A stretch of DNA of 64,000 nt from Tubiluchus corallicola (taxonomy: Eukaryota > Animalia > Priapulida), in contig JAQGDQ010000517.1 of assembly GCA_030141605.1 (NCBI GenBank), positions 93,088 through 157,087 on the forward strand, written 5' to 3'. Below the pieces are notes generated by a model. It was not told the origin of the DNA. It did no database searches and saw nothing but the letters and a program-made list of their open reading frames with translations. The translations under genes were made by a program, and so were the position numbers. This document shows, piece by piece, positions 12,980-25,266 of the stretch. The stretch's first letter is position 1; the number at the start of each line of letters is the position of its first letter.

Positions 12980-14050
12980 TGTGTGAATAGCATTTATTCA
13001 GCTTGTTGGTGATCAGCCTCTTTCTGCCTTAATGATCCAATTGAGGAATCAGAATCGAAACAAATTTCAGCTTATTTTTCCAGACCTAGGACCATTCCAA
13101 ACTTACATGTCCTTCATATCAGTCTTCAATAGGCGGTTCAGTAAAATGGAAAACAAAGATATGGTACAAGTAATATGACGATACTCTTCACTTTGGCTAA
13201 GTGATGTGATGCAATACCCAGTCACTGATGAATACCTTTCAATATTCAACGTGAATGGAACGATGCGAAAGGTTTCGAAAATAAAGTTAGTTGACAAACA
13301 ATAACTTGCTGAAGAAAACTGGCTCGATAACTACATATCTAAAGTAGACAGGGGCTTCATTTGCCATCATATGGAATAGAGAGAAGCAAGATTGTAAACA
13401 TTTTGTTGAAGTGATTATACCAACAAAGCATTTAACCTTGCGTTAACTCGTCTTCCAGAGAATTCCAAGATAATTTTTGTAAATGATCCATGTGATCTAC
13501 ATATAAGTATCAAAGACATTGAACATCAACAATTTATAGACTGGCTTTCCTTAATGGTGCCAGAAATACCTTCATGAAAAGAGACGATGACGTGCCACCT
13601 TAAAGCAGTTTAACAACATGTTCAACATCCCTGGAAATAACATTCGGCTAGAGCAACTTTTGAAAACCGAATATAAGACTGTGTCATTGCTCTGACATAA
13701 GAAGAATTTCATATATCTCTCTGAGAGGTCTTTGTTGGGACTTGAGGTGTAAGAGCTCGAATGCAAATTCATGGAAATATACACTATTCTTCTATAAATA
13801 TATTCTCAACTCGAAAAATCTTTATATTGTTATGACCTATGACTAGAAAGACACTTCGAGCTGAAATTCGAGCACGGGAATGGGAAGCAATAAAGAAAAA
13901 AATCTACTTTACGAATACCACCCGACAGGGGCTCCTGCAAGCGGTGTCCTAAATACTCAGTGCCAAAGTTGCCTGTGGATAAGATTATCAGTATCCAAAT
14001 GTTTTGAGGATGAACGTCATTGTGACTGTGTCCACTTGTCTGTGTTGAAG
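12980..14050 (+). mobile_element. Decayed DNA transposon transposase, Academ-like
   Basis: Frameshifted segments FIQLVGDQPLSALMIQLRNQNRNKFQLIFPDLGPFQTYMSFISVFNRRF, QYPVTDEYLSIFNVNGTMRKVSKIKL and FVNDPCDLHISIKDIEHQ, plus a Cys-rich end near 13950-14045. These resemble the DQxLY...LGxFH, PLSLFxxDGxMRK and DxY...SIK motifs recalled for Academ transposases. The remnant may extend upstream to ~11300. Confidence 0.6.
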
Positions 14051-14831
14051 CCTCTGCTCACCACGAAGAGAGCAAAATCAGCAACGTGCGTAACAACCCC
14101 ACTAATGTGAAAACACCATAGTTCACGTTACGTTACTATTACGCTACTGTTTTCTTAGCAGTTTACGAGCAAAACAGCATAATACGCCAAAACATATAAA
14201 TTGTTGACGAACATACAATTATTAATTTATTGCTCAGTTATTGTTCGCTCGCTATTTATAATTACACGCTTAAATGCTGAAATAATTTGTTGGCACTAAA
14301 TTTCATAGAATGCTTGCTGATGACCGAAGTTAATGATTTGCAACAATAAACCAAGCATACGGAAGCGACATACAACAAGGGCTGGTAATAGCATGTACTC
14401 CAACACAATTTTATGGTATTCATATTGTATTCTAATGGTATGCCGACTGGAAAGGAGAAAAATTATTGAATTATTCAAGGTTTGTACGTTCTATTTTCAT
14501 CCTGCTTTTCTTTTTTAATTTCACATAGTACTGCCACATTCTTTTTTTCCGTTTTACTGTTTCAAATTTCATTGGCTTCTACAGTTTTCATATATGCATA
14601 ATTTCTAAACCTGTTTTCACACCCAGCTGATTTCACCTGTAATTTTGGTCACTTGTTTTGCTGCTTTTCAACATGACACTACTTCACTGATTATGTAGAC
14701 ACTGCTTCAGAATAAAATTTTACAAGCAAATTTTCAAGTTTTTTGGTTACTTCAAACCACTGACTATAACATGTACTTAATAAATTGGTGCCTGTCGTAG
14801 GGTGTGATCGTACGACACATTTTATCTGCGT

Positions 14832-14897
14832 CGGTCGTCGTCATCGTCGTCGTTTTTGTCATCATCATCATCATCATCATCGTCATAACCATCATTA
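14832..14897. repeat. (CGT/CAT)n trinucleotide repeat
   Basis: Direct inspection. Confidence 0.85.
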
Positions 14898-15909
14898 TTT
14901 TACTTTTTCTTGTGAATACGCTTTTGGCTCAAAGCCAGTGGTACACTGGGATAATGCTAAGTGATATAGCTTTGTACAGAAAGTTTTTCGGAGAGTCTTT
15001 AAAATATCTTCTTTCTCTCTTTTAAATAATTATTTTGGTTTTCACGGAGATGGCATGCAGGATAATATTTTATGTGGAAAACAGGTTAAATTCCAATCGG
15101 AATGGCAACCTTCACAAAATGTGACCTTCCTAATAGCAGTTTTTATTTTCTCCATTTGAAGGGGAACAAGCATATAATGCTTCCTTTTTTGAGAAAAGAT
15201 ATCACCACATTACACATATTAAGCAATAATAATAAAGGCAGTTTACAGACATTACGTCGCCATCTACCATAATTTTTTGGACTAATCGAACTAAAATGCC
15301 GAACTAAGAACTTTAAAATGTTATTGACAAAATCAACTCAAAATTTGAAACACATCGGTTTGATCATTCTAAACCAAACCATTTTTAACAGAAACCTAAC
15401 TGTAAATCTCTAATTAGAGTCTAATCATAAGTGTACATATATTGCCCGATCAAGTTTTGTGAAGATGGTATGCGCAGATTTTCACAGGATTTGGCATAAA
15501 ATATGTTGAAGGAATATGCTGGAGCGGGGATAGATATTTTGTTTCTGTAGCAACTCCGAGACTAGCTGTAAGCTCTTCAGTTTCTGATTTTTTATTTGTA
15601 AATTATTTTAAAGAGGTGTTCTCATATACCAGCATGCAGCTCCTGTAGACAACTCCGCAAGTTACTGTAGAAAATAGACTGTTTACATGTAACAATGTGT
15701 AAAATAATTCCAATATGTTTTTTTTATAAAGGGCAATAGAGGAAGTTTTAAAATATATCCCATGACACACAAAGTTATATTACTTAACAATATCTTACCT
15801 CTTTGAAAGACGTATGCGATTGGAAAAGAAAATTCTTAATATTTAAAATGTTCTCGCCTACTGGTAAAACGGCACTGCAGCGCTATCCTAGTCTATCTAC
15901 CGCTATCCA

Positions 15910-16195
15910 CTGGCTCACCAAAAAACACATCATTGGTCTTACTGACAGTATGAAGTAAATTATACTTTTGCTTTGCTAGTGAAGAGTGTGCTGTGAACGC
16001 TCTGATTATTTCTCAAACTTTACATCTAAACTTGTTTTAAATAACACCGTTAAAATGGCTGCACCTAACGGTCATCGCGGGAGTTTAAATTTACAGGTTT
16101 TATGCAGCATTACTACTAAGGCAGCGTGTAAGTGATACAAAATTTCAAGACAAATTTTTTAATCTTTATTTACAAAGAGTGTTTTCTTTTCGTTT
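15910..16195 (-). repeat. Dispersed repeat copy B (inverted relative to 4480-4810)
   Basis: Reverse complement aligns by eye with 4480-4810. Confidence 0.8.
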
Positions 16196-18001
16196 AACTT
16201 AAATAGACTCCTTGGTCTCACTGCAAGGTCCAGAGAAAGGATATACTACAGATAAATTAATATTAGACTAACGTCCGGGAAGCGCCACTCTAGTAAACAC
16301 AGGGAAACACAGATACTCTAAGTAATGACAATATCTTCTTTAAATATATTCCATTTATTTAAGGTTACCTTACGAACACAGAAGTTAATTGTAGATCTGA
16401 TTAGGGAGACATTGCCTGTCATGCCCTAATAGACCTATCGTGTGCTATTTGCATATGGACCTAATAATAGGACATTCTTACGCGATTGTGCTAGCATCGC
16501 AGTCGCAGCTGCCGTGCGAGTATGAACGTGGCTTAAAACAATTAAACGGCTGATATAATTTGATGTCTAATAAGCAGACACTGCTGCATACTTGTGGTTT
16601 AATTGTTAGTAAGACACATTCACTATTGTTTGAATTTTAATTCGTTTCCAACAAGTACAAAAATCATTAATCTATTTTGTTGTACTTACCTTTTGTGTTT
16701 CCTGTGTAAAAGGCACTTCCCAATGTTGAATTATGGCAGACGTATTAATCTATGAAAAATTTTGTGAAAGCAACTTTTTTCCTGGTGAAGCCAAAGAAGG
16801 AGAGTCAGACAGCACAGCACAACTTAGTATTTAATACCACTACTGCAGAGTAAAGGTGTTGGGGAGTCTTTCTATAAGGTTTGCATCCTCATCGTGAGTG
16901 GGAGGCTGCGCGCGTGACGGGTATGTCCTGCTACTCGTGCGCATCAACGTGTTGGCAGCATCTGTTTTATGCTCATTGACTGTTTTTGGTTTTCCGGTTA
17001 AAGCCCTGAATGGTAGCACTCCCAGTGGGTAATTGTAAAACAAATGTATTTCCTGAGCAAATGAAGGTCTGTTATTGCACGCCTATTAAACGAGTAAACT
17101 AAGAGCTTTCTAGAATTCAAAAATTTGTACGTGGTTCAAATAAAACATACTTGTAGACCTGACCTCATAGTAGATGTTGGTGATGGAGTTCTTTTTGTCA
17201 CGTAGACGGAACTCTAAGTAAAGTCATTGCCACTCTGAGTCTGTGAGAGTGATGAAGGTGACGATGATTGAAAATGTCGTTCTTGTTCGTTGTTGTTTTC
17301 TTTTGCTCATGATAAATACTGTTGTTAAATAGCGGTTAAGCGATTTTTGAGTCAAAGTCTTTCTTCGTAGCTTTTTACATTGACATTCTTTTTTAATGAC
17401 CGTATATAAAAGAGAATAATTGTGTAGCAACTGGTTTAACAGTACACATCCTGTATCATTCAAAATTATGCGCAACCTGCAGAGTCCGGTATAATAGGAG
17501 TCTCTGAAAAAGCTTCTTATATTCAACTAAGACTGATTGTAGTGGATAAAGTGTGATCTGAATGGTATCCAAATTGGACGTTGACGTCAGTGGCGATTCA
17601 GAGGAGCTATGTTCATTATTACAGTTTATTACAGGTAATAAACTAAAAGCTATCCTAGTTCAGTAACGTTGTGATTGCTCGGCTAAATGAAGATAGAAAG
17701 GTGCAAGTGAGGGTAAAGCTAGAAATAACGAAATAACCCAGGACTTATACACTTGGTCTTGGAAACCTTTAGTTGTAATATTGTTATGCTTAATTTATGT
17801 TTCTCGTCTTCGGTTTCATTTCTCAGTTTCTGAAGTATCTTAGAGGGTTCATGGTGCTTTTCAATTTTAAGGGCGAAACCATGAGAACTAACACATTTTG
17901 GTAAACAGTGCAAAAATGGGTAGTTTTCAAGCACATAATTTACAATGAGTGTTTTCAATTTATTGTCTTCATTAATGTTAGTGACTGACCTGACTTTATT
18001 G

Positions 18002-18519
18002 CAGTGGTTCCCAAAGTAGGGGTAAATTACCCCCCGGGGGTAATATGTTTTTTTTTTGGGGGGGGGGGTAACGGGCACCCCTCTGAAAATTTTTAAAACT
18101 TCGCTCGGAATGCATTTTACGTAGTTTTCTTCTTGAAGAGACTGCCTCCGGCAGGCAACACTGTGTCATGGGGTCCATCATTCGCACGTTCCCACGATCT
18201 CTGGTGCGATCCTGGGGAGAAGTCAAAGTTCAAGATTGTTTCTTTGGTTTCTTCTCTATCGACATTTCTGCACAGCATTTAAAGTTGACCATTGTGCCAT
18301 TCATCGCTATTCGCTGGGGTCCAAAACGTTACCAGCTTTCTTGAAGGTAGTTTTTGACAGTGTCACAAGCAAACATAAATAATTTTGCTTGCTTGTGGCA
18401 TATACGTGTGTTTACTTTTTGGGTTGGAGAAGTAGTACTAGGTGGGGGGGGGGGGGGGTAATGGACACGACCGGGTTTCCCGATTTGGGTAACGGTCCGA
18501 GAAAGTTTGGGAACTACTG
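18002..18519. mobile_element. Non-autonomous hAT transposon (MITE)
   Basis: TIRs CAGTGGTTCCCAAA and TTTGGGAACTACTG. Perfect 8-bp TSD CTTTATTG at 17994-18001 and 18520-18527. Confidence 0.92.
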
Positions 18520-20104
18520 CTTTATTGTCTATTCAATATTCATGGTGCTAAGTTATCTCTTTAACCTTACGTTCTATTGAGTTTAACGCAGAAGTACTGT
18601 AACGATGATAAATTAATAGCACTGGGAGAAATGTCAAACGCTATGAATTATTCGATGCATCAGCAATAATTGAGTGTCAACTGTATTTTGTTTGTCTTAC
18701 GAATTATAGACATGACAATTTTATTCAGCTGTGTGCTGCAAAAAAACTATCTGAATAGAACTATAATGATTTTATCTTATAAAAGTCAATACGCTTTATA
18801 AATGTTAGTCGCACGCGGGACTCGCAGAAAGTGTCACTCGATAAACGTTACACGTGAATCAGCTTTTATTAAAATACGCGTAGTTTTCCCAGTTCTTGTG
18901 AAGAACCTCTCATTTTATGAGCCACGCGGAACTTACCTTCTAAAAGGCTAACAAGAGTAATTATTTTGAGATCATCTAATCTTGAACTCCCGCGAAATAT
19001 TGTCCGAGTAATAACATTTGTTCATTTGAAATGTAAACTTGCAATAAAGGAAAACCGCTGGAATCCGCAAACCGTTGACGGTAGTGCTTGGCTATGCATT
19101 GCGCAAAGGCAGCTTTGAAACAAGATTTGATTTCATAATAGTTTACTCATAAATGTGAAATCATTTTGTGCAACGTCGTAATTTATTAACAAAATAATCC
19201 GTGGCCAAATTAGTTTCTGTTTACAGTCTAAGACTTTATTGTCGTTTTACTGAGGAAGATAATTTACAGAGACCATATATAGCAAGTTGGTGGAAATTAC
19301 GTGCGGACGGGTCTTGACACAACACACAAGCTGCATATTCGTGATGCTTAAATCCACCTCAGGTATATAAAACTAATTGAAGGTAAAGCTCAAATTCTTC
19401 TACATAAAAGATTGATGGTAAGTGCGCCCACAATCTAGAATAGTGCTAATAAAAATAAGGTATTATTCGAAGAAAACTTTTTCCCCTGAACGCATCCAAA
19501 CCTGTTCGTGTGTTTACATTTAGTTACCCGCAGCAACCCAATTGGAAACTCCAGAAGTTTTTAAAACGATTTATATTCCAGCTAGAATGACTAGGGACTC
19601 CCTGCTTCTGCAGTTTCCAGGAATCATCCCATGTGTTTCAATTAGAGACAAACAGCAGAGTTTGAATAAATATTAGTTTAATGAAACGCGGATACGGTAG
19701 AAAAGCCGTGTGCGATTTGCTTGTTTGGAGAAATATCAAAACTGAATAAATTATTATATAAGTGGGGCTACGCTAATACTTCGGTAGAATATAAAAGACA
19801 GAGTTGCTTTATTTAGCTGTGAATAAAAATTGATGTACAGCTACGTAGGTGAAACTAACAAATTGTTTGCCATATTTCGGAAGGGTTTAATTAAAAAGTT
19901 GTAATGACCTAAGAGATTGTTGCAGATTTTCAGTTTAAACACCTCCCATTAATTCCTCCTCATTAATTAAGGGATTGGATCTGGGAACACTTTGCTACTA
20001 GCCAAATTATTTCCTAGCAAAAAATCATTTCGGATGGTATGGTACCATTTCGGCGGATTCTTTAAGTTTCATGTGTGCCTTTTTAGGACTTGAAATTTAG
20101 AGAG

Positions 20105-21335
20105 TAGATAGATAGATAGATATTTTATTTCTGAAAATCAAATTTCGAACATGAGACTTACACACTCGACGCATACCCGATGGTTTTATCAGCGGGCAGA
20201 GCTCGGGTAATGATTTCCAGATCATACTAACAATTTGACTCAACATAGCACAAGGTATATATACAGATATATAAATTTAGTTGTAAACTCCGTGAAGCGA
20301 AAAAAACCATTTACTAAGCATTTGTACACATGTGATAAACAAATATTTTACCTATATGATAATCACAGTGATGCGGTTATGTGTCCGCTAACAAAGCTAT
20401 ACTATTTAATTCACAAATCTATGCATACAGTCGTAAATGAAATTTCCAATTGACATTAATTCTCCATCAAATAAATTTGCAATATTACTATAATTTAACG
20501 CGTACAGTGATCTATAGGGTGCATTTTCATGGCACTCGCACAAAAAAATGCTCTTCTGTCTGAATTTCTCCACAAAGACATAGCCTGCGCTCACGAGGTA
20601 CATTTGCCCAACGACCTGTTTCTATAGCTAGATTGTGTGATAAGACCCTTATTCTTGTTATGATTATACGTTTGTGCTCAGGTAACTCTGTGTTTTGGGA
20701 TTGGGATTTATTTCCAAATAAGTCTTGCATTTTGTACGATCAGAAACTCGGACATGAGTCTTTCGTCTCTCTACATCTGTCTGTACATGATCCGTTGTAG
20801 TCATAACACTGTCTAAATATTTGTATCCCTTTGTTCGTGCATCTTTACATAATTTCTATACCAACATAAACGGGTCATCCGTCATAGCGTGACGCTGGCT
20901 TACCAACTTCGAAACGAACTTTTTTTGTACGTTTTTTACCCTCGCTTCAAGTGAGGGCATGCCAAGTTCTAGCAAGCAAACGTCGTTTGTAGTAGAAGTA
21001 CGAACCCCCAGTAGAGCTTTAATAGTAGTGCGGTATGGAACCTCGCCAATACGGGCACTGCCACGTATCCAGGCTTCGCACCCATAAAGTATGGACGAGA
21101 GCAATGCAGATTCTAGCACCTTCCGTTTTATCCAAAATGGAAAGTCAATGTTCTTGGCTACAAAAGAGACAAATTTCATCACGTGTGGCTGCTTGGATTT
21201 AAAATGTTCCCTAACAGCAGCATCGGGCGATCCATCTTGAGTAAAGACAGCCCCCAAATAAGTGTAATCATTGCAATTCAGCACACACACATTGTTAACT
21301 ACAAGTTCCACTCTGTCCGCCAGTAAATACACAAC
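20105..21335 (-). mobile_element. 5'-truncated non-LTR retrotransposon (RTE-X-like), decayed
   Basis: YTYLGAVFTQDG, LLSSILYGCEAW, LLGVRTSTTNDVCLLELG and SHNLAIETGRWANVPRERRLCLCGEIQTEEHF. The 3' end shows AATAAA followed by a (TCTA)n tail at ~20105-20130. Confidence 0.85.
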
Positions 21336-22049
21336 ACTGACACGGCATTACAAAATAATAAATTACGTCAATTTGAAAAATATTTTTATAGCTAAGTTCA
21401 TTTAAATCTATAAGCTAAGTTATATGCATGCGCGCAAATATCACCTTCAAATATTATTTGTACCAAGGATATTCTGCCATGTGAGCCTGGACAGGTAAAA
21501 CGATTATCTATCTGTAGTTATCTACCGGAAATCCTGTATGACAACGTTGGGAATAGGCAGTGAAGGAAGGTAAAAACAGTAACCTAGGTATTTTGTCGTA
21601 CCTGCCGGAGTTTTACCTGGTCGGCTTCCTCCTTTTATCCATTTTGTTACAAAGAACTTCCGCAGAAGAAAAGCAAGATAAATAGCGCATGCAGCAATGG
21701 CCGGTGATTAATTGCTGGTGAAAAGAAGCAAAGTTAAGATTTCTCTGACGCACCTCTTTTTGTTTACTTGCTTGTAAATTATTTTGTCTGATTACTAGCC
21801 TTTTTCCTTCCTCCCGCCTTACTGACTAAAGATATCCCTTGAGGGTTAAGTGTATGTACTAAACGCATGTTAAGGCACCACATGAGACTCCTGGATCAAG
21901 GTGACCAAATTCAGAGCTTTTGTAACTCCAAAGCCCGCGCAGACATAGAACTAAATTTCCAATTTATTTTTTCTATATTGTGCTGGGTTAATGGCTCAAT
22001 GGATACGCATACATTAATTATGTGGCTGGCGTGTAACTGCGGTAGGTTC

Positions 22050-22050
<1 letters not shown>

Positions 22051-22082
<32 letters not shown>
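22051..22082. repeat. (TA)n microsatellite
   Basis: Direct inspection. Confidence 0.95.
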
Positions 22083-22086
<4 letters not shown>

Positions 22087-22733
22087 GCTACAGGTAGCAT
22101 CTCTCGTAAAGCTTGTCTGTGTATAAAAGAAAAAAATATTGTTAGAACTGTATCCTAATGCAAAATACTTCCAATGAAGTTTCAAAGGTTGGCCTAGCCT
22201 TTCAAGCACGTTCCTGATAGAACAACCTCAGGTTTTACATTAAAAGTAGGACAAGGCTTACTCTGCACCATTATAATATGCGTTTGTGGATAAAATACAG
22301 ATGGTCAAAGTAACAGCGTAAAAATCTGGAAGAAGACTAGATTCTATACCATTAATGTGGGAACCGTAATTCATTGTGAGACAATATTGTTTAATTTTTC
22401 ATGTAGGCCTATTCTATTCATCTTTAAATACTGACAGAACAAAAAGCAGCAGATTTCATAACTTGCGGTTATACTTTTTTCAATAGACCAACTCCCCTGA
22501 AAAGCAATGTCACTTGATGACCGACCACAGTTATTAATTAACAGTATCATAATTAATTCAATTAAAAGGTAGGTTTACAATCAGGTAGGCGATTTTCTTT
22601 TATTACTTTGTTGACGTCCTCAAAATTTAGAGGGTAAAAGCAATTGTGCAAATGCATGCAACACAATTATGAGCAAAGTATAAAGTTACAGGGCATGTGA
22701 GCAAAACTGAATTTTCTTTTGGGTATTTTTGTT

Positions 22734-22749
22734 GGCCCTGAAAAGGGCC
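22734..22749 (-). promoter_or_regulatory. Histone mRNA-type 3' stem-loop with purine-rich downstream element
   Basis: Minus strand ACACC-GGCCCT-TTTC-AGGGCC-AACAA, followed by AAATACCCAAAAGAAAATTC. It matches the 6-bp stem / 4-nt loop consensus of replication-dependent histone mRNAs. Confidence 0.8.
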
Positions 22750-22760
22750 GGTGTGTTAAT

Positions 22761-23122
22761 TTACAGCCGTTGAGAATCGAGTCTACTGTTCTGATTGACA
22801 TCGTCATCATCACCATTTTTTTATACATTGCTGTTGCTGATTCCATCTAGGCGAAGCGTAAAGGACGAGCAGCTATGTCAAATGCATACTGGTGATAATA
22901 ACACAACAGGCCGTTTACCGTGGACAGTTTCATCTTGTATTGCGCCAATTTGTTTCCTTGCGCGACGGCTCTCTGGCGGTGAATGTGCAACTCCCTCACA
23001 ATCTCCTAGAGAACTTCAACATGTGTACAAGCTCGTTTCAATTTAACTAAATTCCACTTTCGTGCTGCGGTAAAATAACTATCTACTATGAAAGCCATTG
23101 CTCCTGGTTTCCAGTTTTCCAT
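22761..23122 (-). pseudogene. Disrupted small ORF of unknown, non-histone protein ending next to the histone-type stem-loop
   Basis: ATG at 23122 opens MENWKPGAMAFIVDSYFTAARKWNLVKLKRACTHVEVL*EIVRELHIHRQRAVAQGNKLAQYKMKLSTVNGLLCYYHQYAFDIAAR with one internal TAG (23006-23008). A shifted frame gives an acidic tail GDDDDVNQNSRLDSQRL* ending at 22761. Confidence 0.45.
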
Positions 23123-25221
23123 TCTGCTTATACTTCGGCACGACGGCCCAATAATACATGGCAGCATTGGCAGGCACATTTACTTTTACAGCAGTGTGAC
23201 TAAGCACACGCATTGTCTGCAATAAGGATGCATAATGTGATAACACAGCGGGAGCAATTAATCAACAGTAGATAATTAAGGCAAAGGAAGGTCATTAGGC
23301 ATAATCCATACTCTAGCAAGTTATTGTACTGCCGTTAAAGGCCTGAGTATCGTTTGCATTTACGCCTTCAATAGACTCATTGGGTTGCGATGTCACGTAA
23401 CCTGGATGCATGTTGTCGCGTCTCGATCGCGTAGAAATTCTCATTTATTATGTAAATTCCAACAAAAATGCAGGGACCTACTAACAGCACATAGAGTCCG
23501 TTTGCGATCAAACAAGTTTTCCAGGCCCAGTTCTGTATTTGGGATATTACGAAAACAAAATAAGGTTACGCAGATGCACAGAAACAATTTACTAGTGTAC
23601 ATAACGATTTAGGTCAATCCTATGCGGAAAGTGGAGATGCTTTTGTTTTATCACTAACATGCAGTGCATTAGTAAAATATTTTCAAAATGTTAAAGTATT
23701 CTAACTGATCAGTAAAAATTCATTCTGTTTAAATTCATTTTTGCCACGTAAGGTATACATTTGGTGACCTGACAGGCATCGCACAGGAGATGTTAGATTC
23801 GCGAACCCCTGTACAACACACAACTTTTCATCTAGCTTACACTTTTCTGACATGTTTCGTAAATGATCCAAGGACTGTTAACGAATAAAATAATCTATGA
23901 AAAAAAAGTAACTGTCCATTCACTAGACTGTTACACTAAGCTCTCATAACCTAATACAGGATGGCACATAACCTTTTGGTGCATTACGAAAGCTACGAGC
24001 AATATTACCGAACAGTATTGCTTCAACGTATTGCTGAAACAATACAAAATCTATCATACCGTTTTTATTGCGGTAGTATTTTATGAGTATGTGAGGTAGT
24101 GGCTACTGTATATATGTAGCAGTTTTTATTTTGTGTGTTGATATTATGGATTTTTACCAGGAATAAAGTGCATCTTGTGTTACCTTATACCCTTAAAATT
24201 GTGTGAAAGCGCCTGGTGCCTCGTACAGCCTGCAATCTTGAGGATAAGGCCAAGCAGGGACCTGAAAATTCAAGGATTGTCTCGATCTAACTGAACCCGC
24301 GGAAATTCACCGGACCTCAATCCCGTCCAACACACAGTAGATGTACTGAAAGTCAAAGTTGTCGCTTAGATGATCCAAGAACATTCATTGATCAGTAATT
24401 AACAGGCAAGCTTATAAAGTATGCAACATCTGTAAAGTGTGTTGGGTGATAGGCTGCTGCTCTGATCGTACTACTCAAGACTGCAGGCTATGTGGAGAAA
24501 CCCGAGACTGTCACGCTAATTTTGAGGGCACGATAGATTCGCTAATGTTTCGGCAGCATTTTGAAGTAATGAATTGTTCGGTACTAGTACTAGTTGTTTC
24601 TGCACGCCCTAGCAAAAAAGATTACATATGTACCTCAATGTACGTGTATGCACGAATCATTTTTGTGTATTTTATGCTGATGGAGTAGCTTGTTGTTCAT
24701 TTAGTCAACAACTAATATTCCCCTACATGTGTGCAACTAGCTTTCTCAGTCGTGTGCAGTAATACACGTTATATTTTACATACATATACAGTATATATAG
24801 GCCTACATACACACCCAGTACATTAAGTCTTGTACATTCTATTCAGTACTGAACTCCAGCAAATATTTCCTGTAGAATTTCAACGTAAATTACTAAAAGT
24901 ACGTTTCACTAAACCGTTTTCTAGCAATTACAATGTATTTAGGCGCAATATGCAAGACTGTATTATCAACTCATAAATATTACATTTTTGATGCACTACG
25001 ATTCAGCTTAGTAGCAGTTTTCACATTTAACATCATAAAGCAGGCAGAAGCTTTTAGGTTAACCGTACCTTTGAGAATTTCGAAAGGTTCGAATTCAGTA
25101 CAAAAAGCAGAAAATACAGTTATTCCGCGACAGTTACATTAAAAATGCACATTTTCGACATAGATGCAAAATATAGGAAAGGGAGAGACGGGGGTGGGGA
25201 ACTGAAAGACAAACAGACAGT

Positions 25222-25226
<5 letters not shown>

Positions 25227-25264
<38 letters not shown>
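25227..25264. repeat. (GA)n microsatellite
   Basis: Direct inspection. Confidence 0.95.

Positions 25265-25266
<2 letters not shown>

Noticed and set aside
14804-15025. Hydrophobic 73-aa ORF resembling a membrane peptide
   Set aside because: Produced by a (CGT/CAT)n repeat and lacks an ATG start.
17269-17310. MSKRKQQRTRTTFS resembles a paired-class homeodomain N-terminal arm
   Set aside because: It is not followed by helix 1 (QLxxLE) or WFQNRR, a stop comes shortly after, and there is no convincing splice donor.
18907-18926. CTCTCATTTTATGAGCCAC loosely resembles a second histone stem-loop
   Set aside because: It lacks the GG stem base and the 4-nt loop geometry.
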